NCBI GenBank assembly: GCA_963701995.1
Contig: OY969693.1
Location: 1,793,512-1,857,511, forward strand
Direction: 5' to 3'
Source: Methanobacteriota archaeon
GTDB lineage: Archaea; Halobacteriota; Bog-38; Methanoflorentales; Methanoflorentaceae
DNA length: 64,000 bases
Below are positions 49,434 through 59,023 of the stretch, one piece after another. How positions within the stretch are numbered: the stretch's first letter is position 1; each line of letters begins with the position of its first letter. Both the position numbers and the translations under genes were made by a program. The notes under the pieces were generated by a model, which worked only from the letters and a program-made list of their open reading frames with translations, was not told the origin of the DNA and did no database searches.

Positions 49434-50864
49434 TTAATCCTGTTGTCTAGATGTGATCGCTTGTCCAAGATATTTCTTTAGGAGCTTGAATGCTTCAAAT
49501 TCGCGCCTTCCACCGCACTTAGTAACGATGCTCTCGCAGTGAGTCATTCGCTCGAGGTAGGCTGGGTCTTCAAGAGTCTGATAACGTGTTGCGTGAATTG
49601 TTGCTTCAAGCACAGCGCAAAAAGCCCTGTTCACAGGTATGATTGGTCGCTGCAGGACAACAGATCTCACAGGCTGGAGCTCAACTACGGCGCTTTTTTG
49701 AGTCGGTTTTTCCAGAATCACGCACGTAAATTCCACCCATGCGTACGCTGCCTTTAGGACAGGCGCCGTCTCATCGGGGGAAAAAAAGTCAGGTCCGAGG
49801 TCCTCAAAGGCGGTTTTCACGTAAATCAGCGGATCCGCAACAAAGTTAGCAACCAACTGACGGTTTTTTTTAACGTTCAAAAAAGTGTGGCTGTCTTTGT
49901 AAACGGAAATGTAAAGGGAGCCGCGATTTATGACGCCCATGGGAGCGGCGTTGGGCTGGCTATTACGCGTCGTTGCTATAACTTCTGAGATGCCTTCGTG
50001 AAATTGCACTTCCATCAGTACCCGGAAACCTCCTAAGAGCACGACAAATAATGATCCAATCACGAGATCTGCTGTCGTCCCGGGGTTGATGTGCCGCGCG
50101 AGGAGCTCTTTGTCGAACTCATCGGCGGCGTCCTGTTTCAGCACTTGGGCCGCCTTTGCCGAAACCTCAAGGGCGACATCAGTGCTGAATTTTTTCGCTA
50201 TGAGTGTATCGGGGAACTCGCTGAGGAGTTGAAGAAACAACTGCACAATTGAATTCTTGACACTGAACCCCGATTCAATGTAGTGTGTCATCAATTCGGC
50301 GCCGTAAAAAGTGCGAGGAAATCCTTCAGCCCACTCCTTTGCTATAGTGTCGTTTGGGCTCGATATTTGCATAACGTCCCACAGGGTCAGATTTTGTTGC
50401 TGAATCGCTTGCAATGAGGACGCGTCATTCACGTCAAGATAGTGATGCTCTCCGACGCGGACGTGGACGCTCCGAAAAGACTCATAGAACTGGATCGCAT
50501 CAGCGCTCGAAGTCTGCTTGACGACGCGGACGAGGTTAGTCTTGAGTTGAGATATCGTGCTGCTTTTCCGTGCTGCGGCACATAAGGGGATCAGCAGCAG
50601 GATCGCGCCAAAGTGACAATTCCCCGCACTCTGCCAGGTGGTACTTGCTTGAACCGCATCGAGAATCAGACCGCCTATCCGATGCCGGGCTGACGCTGCT
50701 TTTTTAAACACAGGAAAAGTGCCGACTGCGGATGCAAGAAAATGTTCGTAAGTTACATCTTCAAAGTCATGCGTTCGGTCTACATTGCCCGGCTTTGGTG
50801 TCGCGGACACCTCGAGCAACATTGCTAGCTCGGCACAACCGGCTATGAAGTCTGGCTCGTACAT
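49434..50864 (-). CDS. fusion: CitG-like triphosphoribosyl-dephospho-CoA-synthase domain plus DUF447 (FMN-binding split-barrel-like)
   Basis: The N-terminal half has CitG/MdcB motifs (…KPGNVDRTHDF…GNCHFGAILLLIPL). The C-terminal ~190 aa resembles DUF447. Start trimmed to MYEPDF to remove a 65-nt overlap. Confidence 0.5.
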   Translation of the reverse strand: MYEPDFIAGCAELAMLLEVSATPKPGNVDRTHDFEDVTYEHFLASAVGTFPVFKKAASARHRIGGLILDAVQASTTWQSAGNCHFGAILLLIPLCAAARKSSTISQLKTNLVRVVKQTSSADAIQFYESFRSVHVRVGEHHYLDVNDASSLQAIQQQNLTLWDVMQISSPNDTIAKEWAEGFPRTFYGAELMTHYIESGFSVKNSIVQLFLQLLSEFPDTLIAKKFSTDVALEVSAKAAQVLKQDAADEFDKELLARHINPGTTADLVIGSLFVVLLGGFRVLMEVQFHEGISEVIATTRNSQPNAAPMGVINRGSLYISVYKDSHTFLNVKKNRQLVANFVADPLIYVKTAFEDLGPDFFSPDETAPVLKAAYAWVEFTCVILEKPTQKSAVVELQPVRSVVLQRPIIPVNRAFCAVLEATIHATRYQTLEDPAYLERMTHCESIVTKCGGRREFEAFKLLKKYLGQAITSRQQD

Positions 50865-50874
50865 GTTGAAAAGC

Positions 50875-52032
50875 TTAGTCGACGTCTCGGCAGCTGAGAA
50901 ATCTCTCTGCAAGTTGCTTTTTGAGTTGCATGTACTCAACGTCGGAAAAACCTAGGTCGTACAGAGTGCTATCTCTCCACGGGCACGGCCTTGTAATTTT
51001 GCAGCACCACACCATGCTGCCGAAGCACGTGCCTGGTCCCGCCCCTAGCTTTGTGTTGTTGAAGCTCTCCTTGATTTGGACGTACTCTTCCTTGGAGATC
51101 CCCGCTCTTTTCAGAACATAGCGCAGTGGACACTCTTTTACGGGCATGCAACAGTACGCTAACCCCCGCAAGTCCCCTCCAGCGCAAATGTGTTTTGGGG
51201 CATTGTACCAGCCAACCGCTTCTTGATATGACTGAACTTCAGCCAGGATTTCTTCAACAGCGGTGTTATCGGCCACAGCAGCACGGGCGACTGAGACGTA
51301 ATCCGCCCCCATCGAGAACATCTTGTGGGCGCTGCCATAGTCCACGATCGAATTGTTTGCGATTATTTTGAGCGCCGTGGCATCCCGAATTTTCTTGACC
51401 AACGCGGGTCCGGAATCCATCGTGTCGACATGAATCGCGTCGGCGCCGGCCTTATCTATAACCTTTGCGAGCTCTATATCTGCTACAACGCCTGCGCGTA
51501 CCTTCACCGACAGAGGCACGTCTGTTTGTTTGATCTCCCGTATCCATTCGCTGAGCTTGTTGAGATCGCGCGTGAGACATTGGCCGGCGCCAACAGCTTC
51601 CATTTCAGGCTGCCTGCAGTGGGCGTTTAGTTCGAGAATTGCCCCTTTTTGATGAATCAACTCGGCGATCGCGATCAGGGGCTCCAGCGTAGTTGACCGA
51701 GCATTGATTCCGGCTTTCATGTTGATCGTGCTCATGACTCCGAGCTCGTTTTCGATAACAGGGGTCGGTTCGTCGTAAGCAAATTCGCTTCGCCCCTTTT
51801 TGACAAGCTCTTTTGCCGCTTCGGTGGTTGGCGCGTCAAGGTTGTATCCACCGAGAATTGCTAGTCCCACGCTCCGCGAGATAGCAAACGAGCTGTTAGT
51901 TAGTCCAGCCATAGAAGCGAGAACTAAAGGATTCGGGATTTGGACATCGCCGATCGCCAGTTGAAAGGCTACTTGAGACACGATGAAACCTCTATGCGTA
52001 TCAAGACTCACTCGCTGCCCTGAAATGGGCAA
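50875..52032 (-). CDS. DUS-like FMN-dependent TIM-barrel oxidoreductase with C-terminal Cys-rich domain
   Basis: LASMAGLTNSSF, ELNAHCRQPE (catalytic Cys) and LSVKVRAG mirror the dihydrouridine-synthase motifs (LAPMAGVTD / NxGCP / VSVKIR). The C-terminal ~100 aa carry two CC…C-P repeats (YCCMPVKECP, WCCKITRPCP). Confidence 0.5.
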   Translation of the reverse strand: MPISGQRVSLDTHRGFIVSQVAFQLAIGDVQIPNPLVLASMAGLTNSSFAISRSVGLAILGGYNLDAPTTEAAKELVKKGRSEFAYDEPTPVIENELGVMSTINMKAGINARSTTLEPLIAIAELIHQKGAILELNAHCRQPEMEAVGAGQCLTRDLNKLSEWIREIKQTDVPLSVKVRAGVVADIELAKVIDKAGADAIHVDTMDSGPALVKKIRDATALKIIANNSIVDYGSAHKMFSMGADYVSVARAAVADNTAVEEILAEVQSYQEAVGWYNAPKHICAGGDLRGLAYCCMPVKECPLRYVLKRAGISKEEYVQIKESFNNTKLGAGPGTCFGSMVWCCKITRPCPWRDSTLYDLGFSDVEYMQLKKQLAERFLSCRDVD

Positions 52033-52116
52033 GTAGTAATACGGACGTTCAATATTGTATTTTGCTGCTATTTAATTTTACTTTGCAGACGCCGACTCCG
52101 CTCTTAACAGATGACC

Positions 52117-53025
52117 TTAACTTTGGGGTGCAAGTATTCGCACGATCTCTGTCGCCAGCTTTTTGCTTTGCTCCATGCCATACATAATCGTATCCGCGCG
52201 GAGCAGTTCAATATCGCCCGGCAAGTCGCTTTGAGAAATGTCGTCGCGATGGTCAACGATCAAGACGTCCAAGAAGTCGCTATAGAACTCCGCAACCCCT
52301 AAAGAGCTGACCGGAAGTCCATGCGATTCCATGAACTTTCGCGCAGGTCCGCTTATCGGCTCGCCGCGTACTATTGGACTAACGGCAATGACAAATCGGT
52401 CTTTAAGGATTTGTCGCATTCCGTTTACGTTAAGAATAGGCCCTATGCTTGATATCGGATTTGAAGGCCCAATCACAACAGAACGATGTTCTCCTAGCGC
52501 TGTTTCTACTTCTTTGGTCATTTTGCCGGCCCGGGACCTCACCTGCGAAACGCTCGGGGCTTGCTGATATTTTACCAGAAAATCTTGGATATGCATCTCG
52601 CCGTTGTCGGTTAGGATCGTGGTAGGCACGAAGTCGTCCGTCATCGGGAGGACCCTAGCAGATAATTCGAACGAAGCGCATATCGCAAGGGTTGCATCAG
52701 TTAGGGTTGCCCCTCGTCGCAGAAGGTCGCTGCGGAAAATATGAATAGCTCTATCAAGCTCGCCTATGATGAGCGCTTCTTTGTGTCCTAAGCTGGCTAG
52801 TCTTTCGTTGGTACAGAACGTATCCCCGTCGATGCCCCACCACCGTTCGCTCACAATTCCCGCTGCGGTGTAGATAACTGTGTCAAGGTCCGGACAAACA
52901 AGATTGCCCGAGATCCAGATGTCATCTCCAGTATTAGCTATGACGGTCACTTGAGCGCCAGGACAATAGAAAAGCAGCCCGCGAAGCAGCTTAGGGCTAC
53001 CTGTTCCGCCCGATAAGAGTAGCAA
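52117..53025 (-). CDS. cofD: 2-phospho-L-lactate transferase (LPPG:Fo transferase) CofD
   Basis: N-terminal LLSGGTGSPKLLRGL and overall CofD/UPF0052 pattern; 302 aa. Confidence 0.75.
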   Translation of the reverse strand: MLLLSGGTGSPKLLRGLLFYCPGAQVTVIANTGDDIWISGNLVCPDLDTVIYTAAGIVSERWWGIDGDTFCTNERLASLGHKEALIIGELDRAIHIFRSDLLRRGATLTDATLAICASFELSARVLPMTDDFVPTTILTDNGEMHIQDFLVKYQQAPSVSQVRSRAGKMTKEVETALGEHRSVVIGPSNPISSIGPILNVNGMRQILKDRFVIAVSPIVRGEPISGPARKFMESHGLPVSSLGVAEFYSDFLDVLIVDHRDDISQSDLPGDIELLRADTIMYGMEQSKKLATEIVRILAPQS

Positions 53026-53329
53026 TGTTCTTCCCTGACGTTCCAGTGAGCTTTTCTAGAATAAATGGGTATGTCATGCGCATCTAGAATTGTGTTTGTT
53101 TGGGGACTCGAGAGGTGAGCAAGGCATGGATGACCCGTGTTGTGCTGCGGCCTGATCGGCCGCGAAACTCTTTCGATGCTAGACGTGGGCGTTAATAGCA
53201 GTCTCAACAGTTGCGCCGCGCAGGCGACAAACCCAAAAGCCTTAAGAATGAGAGCACGGTAGAATTAGAGGTGGTGTGGCCGTAGCCAGCTGACGGTCGC
53301 CTCGTTTAAGCCTTTGATTTGCCAGAAAC

Positions 53330-53701
53330 TTGAGCGGGAGTAGATATTTGTCTCGTGGTCACTTTGTTTTGACGAGGAACGCGGGCTCAGCAGATTTGAG
53401 GGTCGACGCAACTCGCGTGGGAAAAGACTTACTCGTCACGTTGGTGGGGGGAAAAGCGCACGTGGGCGCCGTTGCGCTAGGCGGATTTCACAGGAGGTCG
53501 TATGCTTCGGTGTTAGCTGTGCCCAATCATCGCGATGATATCATCGCTAAAGAAGCTGCTTTGCGAATTTCGAAGGAATTGCGGCAGAGCTGCGTCGTGG
53601 TTGTCGGGATTCACGTCCACGACGCATCTGAAGAGCAAGTCGCAGAGATTGTTGATGCATCATTTTCGCTTGTTAATGAACTTATCGAGGCTCTCAAATG
53701 A
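53330..53701 (+). CDS. hypothetical protein translationally coupled to ubiX
   Basis: 123-aa ORF (the real start may be an internal GTG) whose stop overlaps the ubiX ATG (ATGA). Gly-rich segment LVGGKAHVGAVALGG. Confidence 0.35.
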   Translation: MSGSRYLSRGHFVLTRNAGSADLRVDATRVGKDLLVTLVGGKAHVGAVALGGFHRRSYASVLAVPNHRDDIIAKEAALRISKELRQSCVVVVGIHVHDASEEQVAEIVDASFSLVNELIEALK

Positions 53702-54252
53702 CGATAATAGTTGCCATTACCGGCGCGAGCGGAGTGCAGTACGGCGTTCGGTTGCTGGAGGTTCTGAATCAACTCGGCGTTGACACGCAGCTCGTTGTGA
53801 CCAAAAGTGGCCAGCAGCTTATAGGCATTGAGACTGACTACAGCTTGAACTACGTCACGTCGCTAGTCAACCGCACGTACGACGAAATGGACCTCACCGC
53901 GCCCATTGCAAGTGGTTCCCACATTAGCAACGGCATGGTGATAATTCCGTGCAGCGTGAAGACGCTTGGAAGCATCGCACACGGCGTTTCTTCCAACCTT
54001 GTAGCGCGCGCGGCAGATGTATGTTTGAAGGAACATAGGAGGCTCATATTGGTTGTGCGCGAAACGCCGTTGAGCGGGATTCATTTGGGCAACATGCTGA
54101 AATTGTCGCAATGTGGAGCTGTCATAGTCCCCGCCAGTCCGGGGTTTTACACACGTCCGACTACGATCGAAGAGCTCATTGACGCTTTGGTTGCCCGGGT
54201 GCTCGACCTGTTGCAGGTTGACCATTCGGTGTCGCGACGCTGGGGTGACTAA
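53698..54252 (+). CDS. ubiX: flavin prenyltransferase UbiX/Pad1 family
   Basis: MTIIVAITGASGVQYGVRLLEVL…VIPCS…RE signature; 184 aa. Confidence 0.85.
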   Translation: MTIIVAITGASGVQYGVRLLEVLNQLGVDTQLVVTKSGQQLIGIETDYSLNYVTSLVNRTYDEMDLTAPIASGSHISNGMVIIPCSVKTLGSIAHGVSSNLVARAADVCLKEHRRLILVVRETPLSGIHLGNMLKLSQCGAVIVPASPGFYTRPTTIEELIDALVARVLDLLQVDHSVSRRWGD

Positions 54253-55491
54253 ATGAGACGCTTCATTCAGCATCTAAAGGACTCGGGACAACTGGAAGTC
54301 ATAACTAAGCCCGTTTCGCCGATATTGGAAGCGCCGCGCCTAGCCCGAGGACGAGGACCGGTACTGTTCGAACGTGTTGGCGGCTCTCAAGCCATCGTAA
54401 ACCTCCTGGCTTCGCGCGCGCTACTCGCCCAAGCGCTCAATGTCGACGAACGAGGGCTCATGCATAAGCTTTTGAGCACGGCGGCAACGGGAAAAACGGT
54501 AATGCAAGACCTTGCGTGGGACTTAGAACGCACTCCGGACCTGAGCAAGTTACCTGTAATGAAGTTTTTCGAGCGAGATGGCGGACCGTACATCACCGCA
54601 GGCGTCGTAGTGGCAAAATATGGTAACAGAGTAAACGCGTCAGTTCATCGCATGATGGTCGTCGACAAAACTTCGTTAGCTGTGAGGCTCGTGCCGCCGC
54701 GCCACACGTATCTGATGCATAAAGCATCTGCAAAAAAAGACGAGCCTCTGAACATCGCCGTCGCCATAGGCGTTGATCCTGTCACGCTATTTGCAACCAC
54801 AACGAGACTCCCGTGTGGTCTCGAATTCAACTATGCGGCCGCCCTGAAGGGAAAGGCTCAGACTCTTATTGAATGTGAGAATGGAATCCCTGTGCCGCCA
54901 AGCGAAATAGTCTTGGAGGGACAAATAAGCCCAACGAGAACTACAAATGAAGGTCCTTTTGTGGATCTTACGGGGACTTATGACGTCGTTCGACCTGAAC
55001 CCGTTATCGAAGTAACGAGAATGGTGTCGGCTAGAGACCCCATCTATCACTCCATATTGCCAGCGGGCGTCGAACACTCGCTTTTGATGGGCATTCCGTA
55101 TGAACCGCAGATCTACAACGCGTGCAAAAACGTAACAAAAGTGAAGAATGTAGTATTAACTGCAGGAGGACGACACTATCTGCACGCTGTTATACAGATA
55201 GAGAAACAGACCGAGGGGGACGCAAAAAATGTGATCATGGCAGCGTTTGCGGCTCACACGAGTTTGAAACACGTTGTGGTGGTCGATGAGGACATTGATA
55301 TCTATGACGTTGATGATATAGAATTTGCAGTTGCCACCCGCGTCAAAGGCGATTTAGATGTTATGGTCATCCCAAACGTTCGCGGATCGTCCCTCGACCC
55401 GCGCACTGCAAGCGACGGCACGACAACGAAGGTCGGCGTCGATGCCACCGCACCGCTGGTCGATCACTGGAAGTTTGAGAGGGTCCGTTAA
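54253..55491 (+). CDS. UbiD-family (prFMN-dependent) decarboxylase
   Basis: 412 aa with a UbiD-like core (…GPYITAGVVVAKY…VTRMVSARDPIYHSILPAG…). Starts 1 nt after the ubiX stop. Confidence 0.75.
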   Translation: MRRFIQHLKDSGQLEVITKPVSPILEAPRLARGRGPVLFERVGGSQAIVNLLASRALLAQALNVDERGLMHKLLSTAATGKTVMQDLAWDLERTPDLSKLPVMKFFERDGGPYITAGVVVAKYGNRVNASVHRMMVVDKTSLAVRLVPPRHTYLMHKASAKKDEPLNIAVAIGVDPVTLFATTTRLPCGLEFNYAAALKGKAQTLIECENGIPVPPSEIVLEGQISPTRTTNEGPFVDLTGTYDVVRPEPVIEVTRMVSARDPIYHSILPAGVEHSLLMGIPYEPQIYNACKNVTKVKNVVLTAGGRHYLHAVIQIEKQTEGDAKNVIMAAFAAHTSLKHVVVVDEDIDIYDVDDIEFAVATRVKGDLDVMVIPNVRGSSLDPRTASDGTTTKVGVDATAPLVDHWKFERVR

Positions 55492-55601
55492 CACGCGTTT
55501 GTTCGGTTTGCGCTCGGTGTTTCTGGACGCAGCGCACGAAAGCACGAGCCAATCGCGCAGCGTATGAAAAACCTTATGATTTACAAAACTTAGTCCTAGG
55601 T

Positions 55602-56777
55602 GTGCGAACGAGGCTCGCTCTTGAAGGCCAAACTTCTGTTTTAGTGCCGCGGTTGGATCCAAACGCGTCGTACCCTCCATCATCGGCACCGGTCTTCTAC
55701 AACCCACGAATGGAGTTAAGCCGAGACATAAGCGTTGCTTGCATACAGGCTTTTAACGATAAGCAACGCGACAACAGCGGGCTCACGTATCTAGATGCGC
55801 TCGCGGGGTGTGGCATACGAGGTCTCAGAGTTGCGAACGAGGCGCAGGTCGAGGTCACGGTCAACGATTATAACGTCGCAGCTTATGAGCTGATCAAGAG
55901 AAACGCGAAAAGATTCCAGCAGAACGTCCACGTGGAGCACCGTGATGCGAACGCTTTGATGTCAGAAGCTAGGTTCAACGTGATAGACGTAGATCCGTTC
56001 GGATCTCCAGCCCCTTTTGTTGACGCAGCGTGCAGGTCAGCTAGCAAGATGCTTTGTGTGACCGCGACGGACACGGCCCCTCTAAGTGGCGCCCATTTTA
56101 GTGCCGGCGTGAGGAGGTATTCCGCACTGCCGATGAACACAGAGTATCACGCTGAGACAGGGATAAGGATACTCATTGGTACAATCATTCGAGAGCTTGT
56201 CAAATATGATAAATCTGCCACTCCAGTCCTCGCACACGCAACCGAGCACTACTATCGGGCTTATTTGCTTCTCGATCGCGGCGCTGAGCTCGCCAATGCG
56301 TGTGTTAGGTCGATGGGATTCATAGCCCACTGTTTTACTTGCGGACATCGCTATGTGCTCCCGGGGCTGTTTCCTATGCTGCGCCCCGACTGTGCGTTTT
56401 GCGGTGCAAAACTTGCCGTGGCTGGACCTCTCTGGCTTGGGACTCTACGCGATCAAAAATTCTGCCAGCAAGTTCTTGAAAACATTGAGAACGGTGTTTT
56501 TGGCACCAAGAGGCGGGCCGCGAAAATCATAACACTGTGCCTAAATGAGCTTGACACGGTAACGTTTTTTGATTACCACAAGCTCCTGAGAGAACTCAAG
56601 TGTCCACCGGTTCCTATTGAAACGCTCGTAAGCGGACTGCGCACCGTCGGCTGTCGCGCATCGAGAACTCACTTTTCAGGCACGTCGATTAAGACGGACG
56701 CTGACGCAGACACGTTGAAGCGAGTGCTGCTCGATTTGAGCTGCGAGAGCAAGAAGGCTCGACTTAATCACGGTTGA
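55602..56777 (+). CDS. trm1: tRNA (guanine26-N2)-dimethyltransferase Trm1
   Basis: LDALAGCGIRGLR…IDVDPFGSPAPF SAM-MTase motifs and a C-terminal Cys cluster (CFTCGH…CAFCG). Confidence 0.8.
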   Translation: MRTRLALEGQTSVLVPRLDPNASYPPSSAPVFYNPRMELSRDISVACIQAFNDKQRDNSGLTYLDALAGCGIRGLRVANEAQVEVTVNDYNVAAYELIKRNAKRFQQNVHVEHRDANALMSEARFNVIDVDPFGSPAPFVDAACRSASKMLCVTATDTAPLSGAHFSAGVRRYSALPMNTEYHAETGIRILIGTIIRELVKYDKSATPVLAHATEHYYRAYLLLDRGAELANACVRSMGFIAHCFTCGHRYVLPGLFPMLRPDCAFCGAKLAVAGPLWLGTLRDQKFCQQVLENIENGVFGTKRRAAKIITLCLNELDTVTFFDYHKLLRELKCPPVPIETLVSGLRTVGCRASRTHFSGTSIKTDADADTLKRVLLDLSCESKKARLNHG

Positions 56778-56872
56778 GCATCGAATCGTAACGGTCTATT
56801 TGAAGATAGCCGCGACAATGCACGGGAGAACTGAAGAGAGCCTTGTTGAGCCTCTGACCGCTTTGCTAGCAG

Positions 56873-57484
56873 TCACATTCCCAAAGTCTTGCGAATGACT
56901 TGAGTAAAGACGAGTGAGCAAACTAGGTACCAAATAAGCCAAACCGGAAAACCGAAGATGACACCTTGAGTGTACGGCAGTGTTCCAAAATAGGGTAAAC
57001 TGATCGTAGTTGACACGTTGGTCGGCCAAGAGCCTGCTTGCGACATTGTGTAACTTAGCCAGCCAAACAGCGGTAGCGAGATGATCAGTATGTATGGCAT
57101 AGGTCTCATGGTCTGTGCTTGAACGTCCATGCTAAGCTCCATCACTTCGGCACGTTCTTTCTCGAGCTTCTTCAGTTTGCCTTTGTCTCCGGCCAGTTGG
57201 GCCTCACGGTAGACCTTCTGAAATTCCTTCATCTTTGCTTGAGACTGTTTTAACTGCTTTTGATCGACGAAGCGGTTTAGCAGCAAAGACGAGTAAGAGC
57301 CGGTGATGACCGAAAGCAAAAGGATCGTGATGAAAAGGGGAACGTAGAGGGTGGTAACCAAGCCCCCAAGGACATAGTTCATGGCTTGACCAACCGGAAT
57401 TCGCAAAAAAGCATACGCTACTGTCATCACCAAATAAATGAGCAAGAGCCTCGTCATCACGCCAGTTGTGCTTTTTTGTGCCAT
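56873..57484 (-). CDS. DUF106 membrane protein (archaeal YidC/Oxa1/EMC3-like insertase)
   Basis: Three TM segments with a charged coiled-coil between TM1 and TM2 (…QKQLKQSQAKMKEFQKVYREAQLAGDKGKLKKLEKE…), as in DUF106/Mj0480-like proteins. Confidence 0.55.
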   Translation of the reverse strand: MAQKSTTGVMTRLLLIYLVMTVAYAFLRIPVGQAMNYVLGGLVTTLYVPLFITILLLSVITGSYSSLLLNRFVDQKQLKQSQAKMKEFQKVYREAQLAGDKGKLKKLEKERAEVMELSMDVQAQTMRPMPYILIISLPLFGWLSYTMSQAGSWPTNVSTTISLPYFGTLPYTQGVIFGFPVWLIWYLVCSLVFTQVIRKTLGM

Positions 57485-57638
57485 TACTCGCAGACGTCAG
57501 TGCGTCGTTCGGAAAAGAATCTTTTGTTGGGTCCGTAGCTGCAATACAACGAGTAGTTTCCGATACGTGAATAAATAGTTTTACGTCAGCAACTTGTGCT
57601 CGAACCTCCACGTGAATTTAGCGCGGGTTACCTAAGCC

Positions 57639-58253
57639 TCAACGACTCAGCTTGGTCAAGCGGTTTTCTAAGGGGGCATAACGCTTAGCTACTATGTATG
57701 TTTCGGCGCTTTGCTTTCGTGATGCTCGCGGGTTGAACGCTTTGACAAATCTAAAATACGCGCTTACCTCGCGTGTGAACGTGTCAAAGAGGTCCCCTTG
57801 GAAAACTTTTACCACGAAATTGCCACCGGGTTTTAGCACGCATTTGGTGATTTCTAAGGCGCAGGCGGAAAGGTCGATTGATCGCGCGTGGTCCAGGCTC
57901 CACGCACCACTTAGATTCGGGGCAGCATCCGATAGGACCACATCTACAGCATCTACAATCTCTTGTATTTTATTCACAATTTCTGGGGAAGTTAGGTCGC
58001 CTCGAATAGGCGTCACCCCCTCCAGCGGAGCGATCCGCTGCCGATCAACGGCTATGGCAGACGCTTCTAAATGGCGGATCACTTGCAGCCATCCGCCAGG
58101 GGCAGCGCCCAAATCAACGACCACATCTCCTCGTCGTATGATGTGGTACCGTTCTTGAATTTCCAGCAGTTTGAAAGAAGCTCGCGATCGATATCCTTCC
58201 GACTTCGCCCGCCGGTAGTAATAGTCCTTTCGCCGTTTTTCGAGGCTTTTCAT
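57639..58253 (-). CDS. rlmE: 23S rRNA 2'-O-ribose methyltransferase RlmE (FtsJ)
   Basis: YRSRASFKLLEI…VVDLGAAPGGW…D motifs. Start trimmed to MKSLEKRRKDYYYRRAK. Confidence 0.8.
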   Translation of the reverse strand: MKSLEKRRKDYYYRRAKSEGYRSRASFKLLEIQERYHIIRRGDVVVDLGAAPGGWLQVIRHLEASAIAVDRQRIAPLEGVTPIRGDLTSPEIVNKIQEIVDAVDVVLSDAAPNLSGAWSLDHARSIDLSACALEITKCVLKPGGNFVVKVFQGDLFDTFTREVSAYFRFVKAFNPRASRKQSAETYIVAKRYAPLENRLTKLSR

Positions 58254-58393
58254 TCTAGTTGATAGGGCGCGCACAGAATAAAAAGCATTATGGGCAGCCA
58301 GACGGCTTTTATATACTGTTCTACTAATAGACAAGTGCAGCAACAAGAAAGATGAAGCACTTAAGAAACGTCGCACCCTGCACGGACCGATCT

Positions 58394-58900
58394 ATGTGGA
58401 TAGAGCTTGACGGGTGGCAGGCAAAGCTCCGATTTTCAGCGTGCCATTTCATACCAGATCACCCGAAATGCGGGCGCTTGCACGGGCATACGTATGCAAT
58501 GAGTGCGACGATCGTCGGCGCGCAGATTCACGATTTTGTAATGGACTTTGAAGACCTCAAAAAAGATGTTGCAGAGATCTGTGAAGCTCTCGATCATAAG
58601 ATCCTGCTCGCATCTCGAGATGCAGATGTCAAGATACAGACCACGCGCGCTGGAGATGTCGCCGTCACGGTTGGCAAATGTGGGAAACGATACTGCTTCC
58701 CGAGAGAGGATGTAGCTATGCTCCCCATCAATTCGGCGAGCGCTGAAGATCTTTGTTCCTTTCTCCTCGATGAGCTGTGTAACAAGCTTGACCTCAGCAC
58801 TATAACAGAAGTCAGCGTCCGTTTAGATGAGGGTTTGGGGCAAGGCGCAGGCAGCGTTCGGTACTTTCCCCCCAAGAGAAGCGACTCAGGGCTTAGTTGA
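58394..58900 (+). CDS. 6-pyruvoyl-tetrahydropterin synthase family protein (QueD/PTPS-III-like)
   Basis: CxxxHGH motif (CGRLHGHTYA) and the catalytic Glu region. Start trimmed to MWIELDGW. Confidence 0.65.
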   Translation: MWIELDGWQAKLRFSACHFIPDHPKCGRLHGHTYAMSATIVGAQIHDFVMDFEDLKKDVAEICEALDHKILLASRDADVKIQTTRAGDVAVTVGKCGKRYCFPREDVAMLPINSASAEDLCSFLLDELCNKLDLSTITEVSVRLDEGLGQGAGSVRYFPPKRSDSGLS

Positions 58901-59023
58901 ACTCCGCTTTCCGTTTTTTGCTCTGCCGAGGGCAGATCGTTTTGCGACCCAATTCTGAACAGCAAAGATATAAACTTATGAGCAGACATATACGGTGTTT
59001 AGACGGTTACAAGGGAGCGGATC

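Noticed and set aside
53863-54273. 136-aa ORF antisense to ubiX
   Set aside because: Antisense to a highly conserved gene; artefact.
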